Part shown: one piece after another, positions 1 through 11,870 of the stretch
How positions within the stretch are numbered: the stretch's first letter is position 1
Layout of the letters: each line of letters starts with the position of its first letter
NCBI GenBank assembly: GCA_048013815.1
Contig: CM106586.1
Span: 18,786,001 to 18,850,000 of the forward strand
DNA length: 64,000 nucleotides
Direction: 5' to 3'
Source of the DNA: Setoptus koraiensis
Taxonomy: Eukaryota; Animalia; Arthropoda
Notes under the pieces: generated by a model
The model's input: the letters and a program-made list of their open reading frames with translations, nothing else
What the model was told of the DNA's origin: nothing
Database searches by the model: none
Program-made: the position numbers and the translations under genes

Positions 1-158
1 TAATTTTGGCCTCTCTAGATAGATTCAGTGCCAGTGGTACAATGCTGCCTATTGCACTTTGGATACCTAAAACAAGAATAGTTATGCAACAAATAAACAC
101 GACAATGTTGAGGTTACATACAGTTTAAGTATATTCTGGCCACTCAGATGCCACTTAC

Positions 159-1461
159 CCTTTTTCATTCTTTTCTCCATTTTACTCCAAATTTCAATAA
201 CTTCCTCTTCTGGCTTGAACGAGGAATATACTTCATTTATTTTAGTCATGTTGATTGAATTGTAGTCGAAGGCAGGCACCGATTTCACTGGTTCTATTTG
301 GGGCTCTGCACGATCACTAACACTTGGCACGGTGGTGGTATCAGATGGGTCGGTCTGCTGATCAGATGCAGCCGATGTGTCGATACGCCGGGGCAGCAAA
401 TCAGCAGCCGATAGAGTGCTTGCCGGATCACCGGATGAGCTGCTGTTTGAGGGGCTGCTGAGATCGTCGCTGTCGTTTTCATTGTCGTCGGGCTCTTTGG
501 TCGAGCCGATTAGTTCGTCCTCGCCAAGAACGGAGTCTGTTGTTGATGTCAACGAAGAATCGTCGCCTGCAGATGGATCTGGCAGGCTGCTGCTGCTGCT
601 GCTAGATGTTGCGTCACTATTAGTTGCCGAAGCGGCGGTGGTGCTAGTGTGCACTTGTCTCTTGTGCCGTCTTGTTCGCTGATAGGTATGCCGCTGTTGG
701 TTCTCGTATTCTTCTTCCGGTTCGTCTGGCAGCAACTCAATGGTGACGGCCCCGCTGCGATTTGAATCGTCGGCATGCTGCGATCGTTGCTGCAAGCGAC
801 CGTTTATTTGTCTGCCATGCGAGCGTTGTCCAACATTGTGATCTGTCTCTATTTTGTCTATGTCATCCTGTTTGGGCGAGTTCCTCTCATCAATGGGCAG
901 ATTGCATAGGCTATCGTCGTAGTCATGGTCTGGCGTGCGATCGTCGCCTACTCTAAGTCTCGATTGAAAATCTCGTCCCTCGCTGACAGACGAAACCTTT
1001 TTCATTGTTGGCTTGCTACGCACCGACTGCCTTGACTGGCCATCATTGTTGTCTCGATAAAAGTCTCGCTGGCCTGCCGATAAATGGCCCTCATCTCGCT
1101 GGCCCTCATATTCTATCTTGACGAAATGTTCTGTGGGTCGCTTGTCGACAGTGCGCGCTCGTTGATAGTTGTCATCGTCATTGGAAACACTAACGCGTGC
1201 TCCAATTTCTAGATCTGACACGGGCGGTGCCGAGTGTGACTTATGTTGTCGTGTATTTTTTCTCACTATCTCACTGACTTGTCGCTGATAGTTATCATCG
1301 TGATCATTGTAGTGCTCTAGTTGATATTGCTGTCGTTGTTGTTGCTGATGGTCTGATTGTTGTCGATTGTAAATGAGGCCGGCTTGCGCGATCATTGCGC
1401 TTAGGCACAATAGGCCCACAAACACTATTAGAGACGGACAGAAAGATTTGATTGAATTCAT
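159..1461 (-). CDS. First coding exon of a secreted or membrane protein that continues off the left edge; tentatively nose-resistant-to-fluoxetine-6-like (NRF/acyltransferase-3)
   Basis: ATG at 1461 (the ORF-track start at 1494 is TTG) gives a signal-peptide-like MNSIKSFCPSLIVFVGLLCLSAMIAQA. It is followed by ~400 aa of Q/D/R-rich then S/T/D-rich low complexity with RTRRHKR. The exon ends in an ordered segment INMTKINEVYSSFKPEEEVIEIWSKMEKRMKKG at a strong donor G|GTAAGT (intron starts 158). The family call rests only on my recollection of the helix preceding NRF domains in chelicerate proteins. Confidence 0.45.
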
Positions 1462-2154
1462 TGTGACAATTTTCACTTTGTCATGTGTTGCCAATAAGAT
1501 TACTGTGTGTGTATATGAGTATTATGTAAGATAGGTGTTGCGTTAATTAACTATTTATGTTGGTGTCGCATACGATTTGTCGATGCGTTTTGTGTTGTAT
1601 GCAGTGTGATCAGTGTGATGCAAATATATATATATATATATGCGTTCACATATAATATAAAATTTTATTATACGCTTCAGGAATGCGATTCAATTAGAAT
1701 GTGTCGATATGTGTTGCTGCTGCTGCCGCCGCCGCCAACGAACTAACTCATGCGAAATGAATATTGGCAATGAATTCTTTTATTTATATGATTGCTATGC
1801 TGTTGCATAAGACGTTGCGCGGGTCGCGGGTTGTTTGTTCGCTTGATATGCAGACGCTATGGTAACTATGGCAACAACTCTTTTGCCGGGAATATTTGTG
1901 ATGCGCCAAAAAAGTGCAAAACTTCATAAGGCGAATTATAATACAGTACATTGGACATTAGATGAAGTATTGATTAGCGCACACAGATACAGAAGAAAAC
2001 CAACCCAAACATAAACATAGCCGGCAACGAACAACAACAACAACAGCAGCAGCAACAACAACAAAAAAGCAACAACAACAACAACAACAGCAGCAACAAC
2101 AAGTGCCAAGTTCAATCCATCGTGAAGCATCTCGGAAGGAGGAAGGGGGATAGC

Positions 2155-2275
2155 GACTCTCTATTAGAGACTCTCTATCATAGACTCTCTATCGGAGACT
2201 CTCTACCGGAGACTCTCTATCGGAGACTCTCTACCGGAGACTCTCTATTGGAGACTCTCTATTGGAGAGTCTATG
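2155..2275. repeat. Minisatellite, ~14-nt unit GAGACTCTCTATCG, about 8 copies
   Basis: Directly visible tandem array ggagactctcta(t/c)(c/t). Confidence 0.9.
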
Positions 2276-3820
2276 AGGGAGAGAGATGCAACAAGTTGCG
2301 TGTGATACAGTTGAGACACTAATAATACATCAATGCTAATAACGCTTCTCACTGGCTACATCGGGCTGCTCGTTCTCAATAGGCAACAGCAACAGGTGAG
2401 TCAAGCTCGTACCAGTGCTAACAGTGCCAGTGGCGGTTACGTAAAGTGATTTTCCTCTTGTGGTTGCTTGCTTTTTTCTCTTCTTCTTCTTCTTCTTCTC
2501 GCACTGCGAGCACTTGTCGTGCTGATTAAACGCATCAACTTGCCTTCGCTCTGCCCCCTCCCCCCGCCGTCACCTCTCACGTAGATGCTTGTTGATTTAA
2601 AGGATAATGTGAATAGAAAATAGATTTTTTCTCGGCTGCTCTCCTAAGCTCATTGAGCTATTCACATATTCACATTTGTGCCGACTTGCGCGCCAATTCT
2701 CTCCGCCATTCTCCGCCATTCATCGCCATTCATCGAAATACCGGTACTAGTCGGTTTGCATTTGTCTACTAGTCAGCCAGCCTGCAGTGTGCACGTCAAT
2801 AATTGATAGCTATTCATTTTCAATCAGCTATCTATTATTGTGATCAAACGTGATTGTCGTCATCGCGTGGTGCATTCATTTGTGTATCATCTCTCTTAAT
2901 GTCGATGTGCCATATGATCATACAATGCATCATGAAGTTGTGCTGTAACTGTTGTTGTTGTTGTTGCTGCTGCTGCTGCTGTTACGCGATCAACAACAGG
3001 TTGTTGTAATCCGTTGTTCAGCGCCGACGGAACCTTTTGTCTACTGACTCGACTCTTTTTGTTACGTGCTACACGGTGGCTATTACGGCGCAATTTTCAG
3101 CAAAAAATTTGTTTATTTTGTGCTGAAAAAAGTGCTGAAACAAACTCACTGACACACTCACTGGTTGGCATGCCAACGGCCCAATCGATGGGCAAAATAT
3201 GAAACGGAAACAATTGATCTCAACATCGCATTCCACTGCAGCTGCAATCGATTTTGATTGCAATCAACACATTCGCTACATTACCTGATTAATAGCTGTT
3301 AATAGTTGTGACGATAATTGACAATAATGCCAGATAATCGTCACTTACACCTAACTGCTCATTGTAGCGACTAATTGCATCGACAAGTTGAACATCTTGC
3401 AGACCTAATGTCTAATGCAAATGCACACAATGCACCATTACTTGGCTTGCTTAGTCATAATGACGTTTTGAAGGTCAACTAAAACACAATAATACCCATT
3501 GTCTAACACACTATGCGCCAATGATAATTTGCCATGCAATCTATTCGACAATCTAGCTATCTTGTGCAAAAAGCGATGCCGAGCAAAAGTTTACTCGCTT
3601 GTGGCTGCAAGACACTTTATCTTGTCAAAAATATTTTATTTCTGGCGCAATCGCGATGAAATGCGTCTCTTTATCCCCTGTCAACCTGTGTCGACCGTTT
3701 GCTGAGCAAAGCTCAACAATCGCTGGTTAATTTAATCGCCGCTTTTAAAACATCCGTCTCTATTTAGATGTAAACTGGCGCTATTTATTGGCGTCGCATC
3801 AATTGATGCGACAATTACAT

Positions 3821-3875
3821 ACAAGCCACCAACAAGCCACCAACAAGCCACCAACAAGCCACCAACAAGCCACCA
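3821..3875. repeat. Minisatellite, 11-nt unit ACAAGCCACCA x5
   Basis: Directly visible tandem array. Confidence 0.9.
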
Positions 3876-6495
3876 GACAACAGCAAATAACCAGTTATCA
3901 TTATAACAACAACGTCTTGCCAATTTATACGATCACCATTGACAAAGTGAACTAACAAATGTGTGCTTGCTTGCTTGCATCATTCACACTATGTAACTGC
4001 TGTTGGTGGTGAGTTTCGCTGGCAACACTAGCTAGACATTTAGCGACAAGCGAATTACCTGTTGATAAGATGACATTATTGCATCATCGCGTCATCACAT
4101 ACACTTAAGCGTGCTTAATGCTGCTTGGCGTGCCACAGGGTTCGCACTGCAATCAACAGTCTTGATGTCTTACGTGACCACTTGACGTGACATGGGCTAA
4201 AAATTAAGAATTAAGTCTCTAAATGATGACAAGCGCATGCTGCTAGTTCATAGCTAGTGCATTGGGGTGCCCCCTGATTGATGAGATCTACCCCGATGTA
4301 TTCAATTCTACCCATTCCGTTCCAGGTGCCCATCTCATGAGGCGCTGAGACTGCTGTTCAATCAAATTTCGGCCACAGAGCAAGTGACAGACAGATTGAA
4401 ACAACACACAGTAAGAGAGCCAATTATATTCGCTCGTGCAATTTTCTATAAATCGCGCGACAGAAAATACTACTGACTATAATACTAAATTCTAGTAATA
4501 CTGTAATACTAAATCTAGTGATTACCGTTTTTCACCCTTCATTCATTCACCCTGATCACATCACATGCAGACACAAGCGTGATTCATGTGTAGACACCCG
4601 TTTCTTGAGTGAAAATTCGCCTGTTGTGGTCTACTTTCAGAAGGAGTTTTTTTCTCTGGGTGATCTTCCTCAAAAAGTTTTTTTTTTTTTTCAGAAGGAT
4701 GTTTTTTCTCTAAAAGGATGAATGCGGTTTCTCGTTAGCTCTAGAACGTGACGAAACGATCAGAGCCTGCGAGGAGGTTTCACGTACGCACCAAGTGTAG
4801 AGGATGTTGTCTACTTGGCTGAACACTCACCTTAGATGGTCAAATTTGTCTGAAACCAGCAGAAAGAAAAAATCAAAGAGCGCACCAGTGCAAAGGTCCC
4901 TATCATCGATTCTTCCAGAAATGCTTGTGCCCTGGAAGAATTTTCCGCATTTTTCTCACATCGGCCCGAGATCAGCCCAGCCTCCACTCGATTGAAGATT
5001 ATGTGACTTATGAAAAAATTTGGTACCACTTCCACCTCTGACACTCTCAGCTACTCTTTGTCTGTGATTGGGGTTGGGTACGAAAGACCGAAAATTCAAA
5101 TCTCGAACACCTTCTCCGGGCAACTGACATAGATAAAAGAATTATACACTACTACAGTGTCATTTGTTTCTTTTTTAATCTCGAATCTACCACTGGCTTG
5201 CAACATTCACATTTCGTGGAGCAAGCGCGTTCTGCACGCAATGATTATCTGAAATTACAAGTGACAATTTTTGTTTCTTTAGAGTTACCTTGACTAATTG
5301 GGCAATATTTTTCTTTCTAACCCTACCTATGGCTGTATTAGTTCCAAAGAAAAAGCCTGTCTCCTTGCGATATATCCTCTGACTATTTTTTGTCAATAAA
5401 TGTTCATTACGTGACGGTGTTAAATCATTTAGTTTAGTGAATGTCAATGCAACTTTTTTGAAGTGAAACCATTGCACCATCTAACTTGGTAATGTAATGA
5501 TGATGGTGTTGTAACAAGAGAATAGATGCCATCATTAATAGGGCTGCAACAAGCACAATAAATCGCTCATCGGGCCCAATTCCCATGAACTACAATAATC
5601 GACGCTCATTCCAGGTATGGTCCACATGAAACCAGTGCAGACGTTATTCACGTTTATGCTAATTCTTTCCACAAGCAACAGCAACAACAACCAGTCGATA
5701 AATTGTAAACTATTATACTAGCTTGTACTCAAAGAAAGTCAATAAACAGCAGTCAGGTGAATAGATTACGAGAGACGTAAAGTTGAGCCCGCGACATTGA
5801 TGTGAAAGAAGGCACAAAAAGCCGCTCAAATTTACGTCATGTTTTATTTCTGTAATCATCAAAATAGTTTGTTTATTTGTTTGTTTGTTTGTGATTGATT
5901 GGTTATAACTTATAACCAACAAATATTCTAATATATATATACATGCGAGTGTTGAGATGAGCTACCTGTTGCGCCGATCACCGGCTCTATCAATTTTAAC
6001 TTCAATTCACTTTTAACTCAAACAATGAAAATTCCCGATACATAAACATAATTTACGTAATCAATCAGCGGCTCCTCATCTGACATATAAGAAGTAAACA
6101 CACTTAATTATGAGCTTAATATCAATTCACGTAATATTAATTTATGTGATTGCGCTAATCGAATATCACTCACTTCTGCTCATTCTTCTCAACTTGTTGG
6201 AATCGTTTTTCTAGTTACTTGTATAGTAGTTATGATAATTTAAATAATCTGCTCTTTTGATTATCCTCCTGATTCCTATCCGAAATATCATTCCAGATCA
6301 TTCCAGTCAAGTGATACCTGGCCAATATTGTTCTCGGGTGGCTGTCGGGATAGTGAAACAATTTTAAACAACTAGTAGCAAAAACTTGTTCATGAGATGG
6401 TGATAGCCGAAGAATTCCTCTTCTTCCAGCCATCATGATACTAGAAACTTTCTTTGGCTTTCTGGCTTAGATTGGCTATATCATTAAGTATGCCA

Positions 6496-7116
6496 TTATT
6501 TGCAATATTGTTTGATTTTTCTCCAGTAGAACTGTGCCGCGAAATGCTTCACTATTTCTCTCATAACAAAGCCCTCATCTTTTTGGAATACAACCGATTG
6601 GTTAGGATTATCATCATCTCTGAGTAGACACATTCTGTCTTGCCTCAAGAATTTTATTTGCCTATCAATCAAATCGATTTCCTCGATAATATTATCTCTA
6701 GTAAGCAGCAAATTTTCTCTGTGACGATTGAATGACGATGGTCTATCCGGACTGCTATTTTTCCGCGGTGGTTCATTTTTCTGCCTTGACGCGTCTTTGT
6801 CGAATTGTAGCAGCCTGGCAAGAGTCTCGTGCCTCCGATTTATCAGATTTTTCGCTACCAGCCGAACAGGTGTTCGGCACAATTTAAACCAGTTAGTGAA
6901 TTCATCGAATATGTTTCCCTCATATAAAGATTGATCCTCTTGATAGTTATTAAACTCGTCATCATTATAATGTTCTGTTTGTTGTTCGAGGGCTAAATCA
7001 ATTGTGGCCATTGAAAAGTGGCTTGTCAGTATCAATGTCAGCTGATATACTGTGAGCATGTAACAACAATTATGCTGATGCCGGCCCCAATCAGAAATTA
7101 TCCTCACCGATTTCAT
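6496..7116 (-). CDS. Orphan 206-aa ORF, possibly secreted
   Basis: True ATG in a caccaaaATG context, 206 non-repetitive codons in AT-rich DNA, an N-terminal hydrophobic stretch (CCYMLTVYQLTLILTSHFSMAT) and a helical/charged C-terminal half. No family recognised. Confidence 0.45.
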   Translation of the reverse strand: MKSVRIISDWGRHQHNCCYMLTVYQLTLILTSHFSMATIDLALEQQTEHYNDDEFNNYQEDQSLYEGNIFDEFTNWFKLCRTPVRLVAKNLINRRHETLARLLQFDKDASRQKNEPPRKNSSPDRPSSFNRHRENLLLTRDNIIEEIDLIDRQIKFLRQDRMCLLRDDDNPNQSVVFQKDEGFVMREIVKHFAAQFYWRKIKQYCK

Positions 7117-10100
7117 TTTGGTGTTGCTGCTCTGCGCCGTATAGACATTATTTAGATTGCTTTACGAAGAGCCAAATAATGTTGCCAAATAATTAGGCAT
7201 AACTCTGTACCTTATTGGTGCTCTAAATTTTCATCATGTGCCGATATCTGTCAGATTGTCAGCTAAATGAGGCTCATTTTTTCGTTCATCAGCCTCTGTC
7301 TAGACAGGTTTTCTGTGTGTTGATTAGATAGAGACGTGGATCTTGATGCGCATCATAATGACGAAATATCAAGCGGAAAAGGCAAAAACACTTGCATCCA
7401 GAAACACGAGGCATCTGGATTCGCTGCAGAAGAGCTACAATAAAGTGATGATGAATTGATAGAGGCAGGGGGCGATGACAGCCATCATCAATAATCGGCA
7501 CTCGAGAGTCGATCATTAATGATCAATAGTGATGCATATGGCAACATCAATTGTAGTCGCATTATTAATGAATGGCAATCGAAACAACGATCATAATCAA
7601 TCATGATCAGACACCTCTGATTACTAATATACCAATCATTGTCACGCCACAGTGTGAACGTTTGACGTCAACGGCGATACAATGTTGCCCGAGGCAGTTC
7701 TTACATGCAATCTATTGTTTATTCTCTCACTGGCAATTATTTTGGATAATGTGATTGAACAAACCCGCTGGCATATCATACCGCATAAATATATCGGTCG
7801 CAGTATATTCAGGTCTCGAGTGATGGCTGGATTAGGCTTTTCGCTCACAATATACATGTCGACATCTGATTAGAGCGGAAAGCGATAACAGAAAACAAAT
7901 TATCCAACGCGGCCAAACAATTGCCAATCGTGAGGTGACAGTCCGACACCCGACAAGTATTTTCACACACTCATTTGGAAAACTCTTGCCGAGTTGTGGC
8001 TGATAAACTGTTGGTCGCGCTGGCAACAACATTACCTGATAGGCGATTTTTGCAGCCGATTAATTGGCCAGAAATAATATGTCAAATCTGATATGAGGAG
8101 GCAAAGAAAAGTTCACTCGTTCGAGTTGAGATGTTGATAACCTCACAGTAGAGCTGACCTACGAACAATCTGAACTCTGTAATGTAAACATCGCATATGA
8201 TGATATCATCGTTGTCATTAATGTATTAACCCTTAATAGGCTGAGAAAGAGACTCAGGAATTTCGGACCATCTCCTCTGGTCGTTTTATGTTGAGCATCC
8301 TCATTTGAGAAAATAAATTCATCCAAACATCATCATTGTAATTTTGCTTTTTATTAATGCTATATTGTATTTTGCGCTCTTTCTGCATCATTTCACGCTA
8401 GTTGAAAAAGGAAAATTGCGCCACTTGAGTAGAAAATTCTGAATTCACAAAATCACAATGCGAAATCTTTGTGAGAATGCCACTGCAAATTCACTACCGG
8501 TCTCGACGGATCGCCTTTGTTGATGATGCCAAATAGAGTTGAGTTATTACAGTACTGTAGTTTATTATCAGAATCAGAAGTGAATCATCAAAAACGTTTC
8601 ATGATCATTGTTGTTGTTGCTGCTATCCTCTGCTATCTGTGACCCCATCATCTATCACCAGTAAAACTTGCTGGAGAAGCCAAAGAAAAATGTTAGAAGT
8701 TAAAATTACGTTTTGCACTCAAGAAAATGAGTATTCAAAGTGACGATCAGCACGAATTCGTGTTCAAACTACAATTGCGCTGGCGAAGCATCCCGCGAAA
8801 ACATGCTGCATCGACAGCAAAAAAAAAACAACTTCCCGGCGATGGATTGCTTATAAATCAGACGAGTTTTGATTGTGGTGTTGGATGTCGGTTTCAATGG
8901 TGGTTTGCGTCAGAAAAATTGAACGCAGCCGATGTAGCATCACTTTCGGCTTGTTATCTCCCTGTTAGCCCAATGATTGACGATTGTGTCATCGTTCAGC
9001 AAACGTGTCGAGCGAAGATGGGAGAGAGAAAGAGAGAGGGGGAGAAAAAGTAAAGTAGTATCACGCAACCTAATTACGTGATGAGTTATATCATCTGGTT
9101 GCGCTGCCAACTATTATGATAGATGCTACCTTGATTGCAAAGCAATCATTCTCTTTGTCCTTGGCGTGGGCTAGGCGAAGCTCGGCCGAATTCAATGGAG
9201 TCGATTTTGATATTGCGAAGATCATTTGTTTGTAGCGCGTCGTTGTTGGCGGTTGTTGTTGCTGCTGCTGAAAAGACCGACTCGCGAGCGTTTTCGGTCT
9301 GGCGCGGGGGAGAGTTGCCAACACACACTACATTACAGGTATCAATAGACATACATCTTTTATTGCCGATGAGCCGCGATTGAGCCCGAGCAAAAGTTCA
9401 ACGTATTGGAGAAAACAACGTGTCCATTAGTGAAAATGCCGCAGGCGAAATGCGTCTGGCGTGTCGCACAAGCGAAAAATTTGCATCGAGGCTCCTCAAA
9501 TCGGCTGCGTGGAAGCGTGTTATTTTTTGGTCGCTGTTTTCGTCGTTAAAATTATTCAAATTGCCATAATTGACGCCGTGGACTGCGTGGCGCAATTATT
9601 GTCAATTCAAGAATGTTTTTTCTGTCAGACAAAAATAGCGGCTAACGTCAGAAACTGATTGGCTTCTCATTGCGCTGCCTACCTCTGTATAATGCAGACT
9701 GTATTTTGTTGCGGAAATTGAAAGATTGTTTCGCAGCGAACACGAGCACAATTATGGTCGCAGTCAATCGGCGCCAAAACGTCGCAAGTCGGTATTGGTT
9801 TGCACTTGGTTTGTAGTAATCAAAACTCGCCAGGTTGCATCCATGTTCACGTGCCGTCAACACATCATAAATCGCAACCACATCAACCTTTAACCTATGC
9901 AAATAGGCGCTGTCCTTTGTATATTAATTTAGATACAATCTGTCAGAGTTTGTTGGGCACTTGCACAGGTGAGACAGGCACCACAAGCGAACGCAATCGT
10001 GTTTACATATCTCGTTGGCTTGTCAGCACTTGTTGAGTGGGCATAGCATGGATTAGTGGTGTGGCCTTCGTTGTTGAATAGTGCACAAAAGAACGCCGTG

Positions 10101-10388
10101 TCTCACTATTATATAACCATCGAAAATGTGGAAACATAAGCAACCTTGTCGATGCAAACTCACACTCGAATAAGTATTCCAACTGAAGTCTGCAGATAAC
10201 CAATATAATAATATGACGAGCCGGTCTGGCGAAATTAATCACTGTAGTTAAATATTTGCTCGCCCGACTCGTTATCGCTCATTCCAGCTCCATCCAGCCA
10301 ATCACCTGATCGTCTTTTTATCCGTCTCTCTGTCATGTATCTCGATCTTAATGAATGCGCATTAAACAGACACACATTGTTGGCCTCC

Positions 10389-10442
10389 GATCGTCAGATT
10401 CTGATCAGCAGAGTCTGATCGTCAGATTCTGATCAGCAGAGT
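10389..10442. repeat. Tandem duplication of a 28-nt unit GATCGTCAGATTCTGATCAGCAGAGTCT
   Basis: Two adjacent copies; the second lacks the last 2 nt. Confidence 0.85.
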
Positions 10443-11079
10443 GTGCGAATCAGCGGAGCCTGATCTCCAGAGTCTCATCTCCAGAGTCTCATGTAAGCAG
10501 TTTCAGCCGATGCTCGAGACACTTGATTGTCTTGTGCACGAGATATTCGCATTTCTTCCTCTCGTTTTGCCTCTCATTTGCACACTATGTTTATCTCTAT
10601 TTACGCTGTTGTGTCTCCTATAATCACCCGACTAGTATCACCAGACCTGTTGTTACGTGAACAGTTTGCACAATACAGTATAGTTATTGGTAATGATGAT
10701 AATTATAATGATGTGAGTGTGTGTGTGTGAGCATCAAATTAATTAGCGACTCTTGTCTTGGTTTCGCAGTAGCGTGCAGCTTGCATTATGTTATAATACA
10801 AATGTATATATGTACAAATGTGCATACGACCCGCGCATTGTGTCATACAAATTATACAAACTTGCATAATCGTACAAGATACTTGTTGAGTTATTATGAT
10901 TGAGTTTTCTCTTTCACTATAGCTCACTACAGCTAATTTTTGTACATGTTTAATGATGTTGTTACAGTGAGCATATGAAACAGTGCCACTGTAAGCAGTG
11001 CCTGTCTCTGCCAAATCACCGTCTGTCTGCCAACAGGTTGACATACAATGGTTTAATGAATAAATCACGTACGCACATC

Positions 11080-11112
<33 letters not shown>

Positions 11113-11831
11113 GCATTATTTTACGTTATCATGTAATAATACTCAATTGCTATGGGACTTTACAGTGGTAAAAATAGCCTGGTGAATGGGTTCAGCATGT
11201 CATGCGCGCCAGCATCAGCGTCGAGAATTTTTTCACGAAAACATTTTTTCACAACGAATTGACCGACCAATTGAAAGTATTCTCCTGTGACGCTTTCCCA
11301 TTGCCAGACACATGCTACTTTGTGGGCCACTCATGATAAACTTTGTCAGATAAAGAGATCGCCCGATCGCCTAGACAGCACAGAGCAGCGAAAGTGAGCC
11401 AAGAGGCACATTTACAAGTTAGTTGTTACAAGTTGTTGTTAGTGACCAAGGTGTTGTTGTTGAGAGGCGAAACTTTTAATTAGCACCAATATTTTTATGT
11501 TTATGCTCGTTGTGACACTATGTGATGCGCTAATGACATCAACGTGTCACTTTGGCTAAGCCTCTCACACTTCAGGCCTAGCTTGCCTAGGTCAAAGTGA
11601 CAGAAACAAGATTGTTGCTCAATGCACAACATGTTTTCGTCTAGATGCTGTTTGTGGTTGTTGTTTGTTGTTTGTGTCGCCACTGATGACATTATAATGT
11701 ATTCTGGATGCACGTCCCTCGACATCCGACACTCGCATTCGGCTGCTGGGCGGCTTCTCAATTCTCAATTCTCAACCCTCAATTCTCAATTGGTAGCACA
11801 GTCATCCAATTAGAGTTATCCGTCCCACTTG

Positions 11832-11870
11832 CGCCATCTAGCCGCCATCTAGCCGCCATCTAGCCGCCAT
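11832..11870. repeat. 11-nt unit CGCCATCTAGC x3 plus a partial copy
   Basis: Directly visible; each unit carries the AGATGGCG core on the minus strand. Confidence 0.85.

Noticed and set aside
50-59. TATTGCACTT, a miR-92-family-like 5' end
   Set aside because: The rest does not match and no convincing hairpin forms
4278-4348. TGATGA...CTGA spacing resembling a C/D snoRNA
   Set aside because: Imperfect C box, no terminal stem, no recognisable rRNA guide and no evident host intron
4847-5294. ~150-codon + strand frame with one internal TGA (pseudogene or Sec readthrough?)
   Set aside because: No recognisable homology or SECIS-like element; compatible with chance
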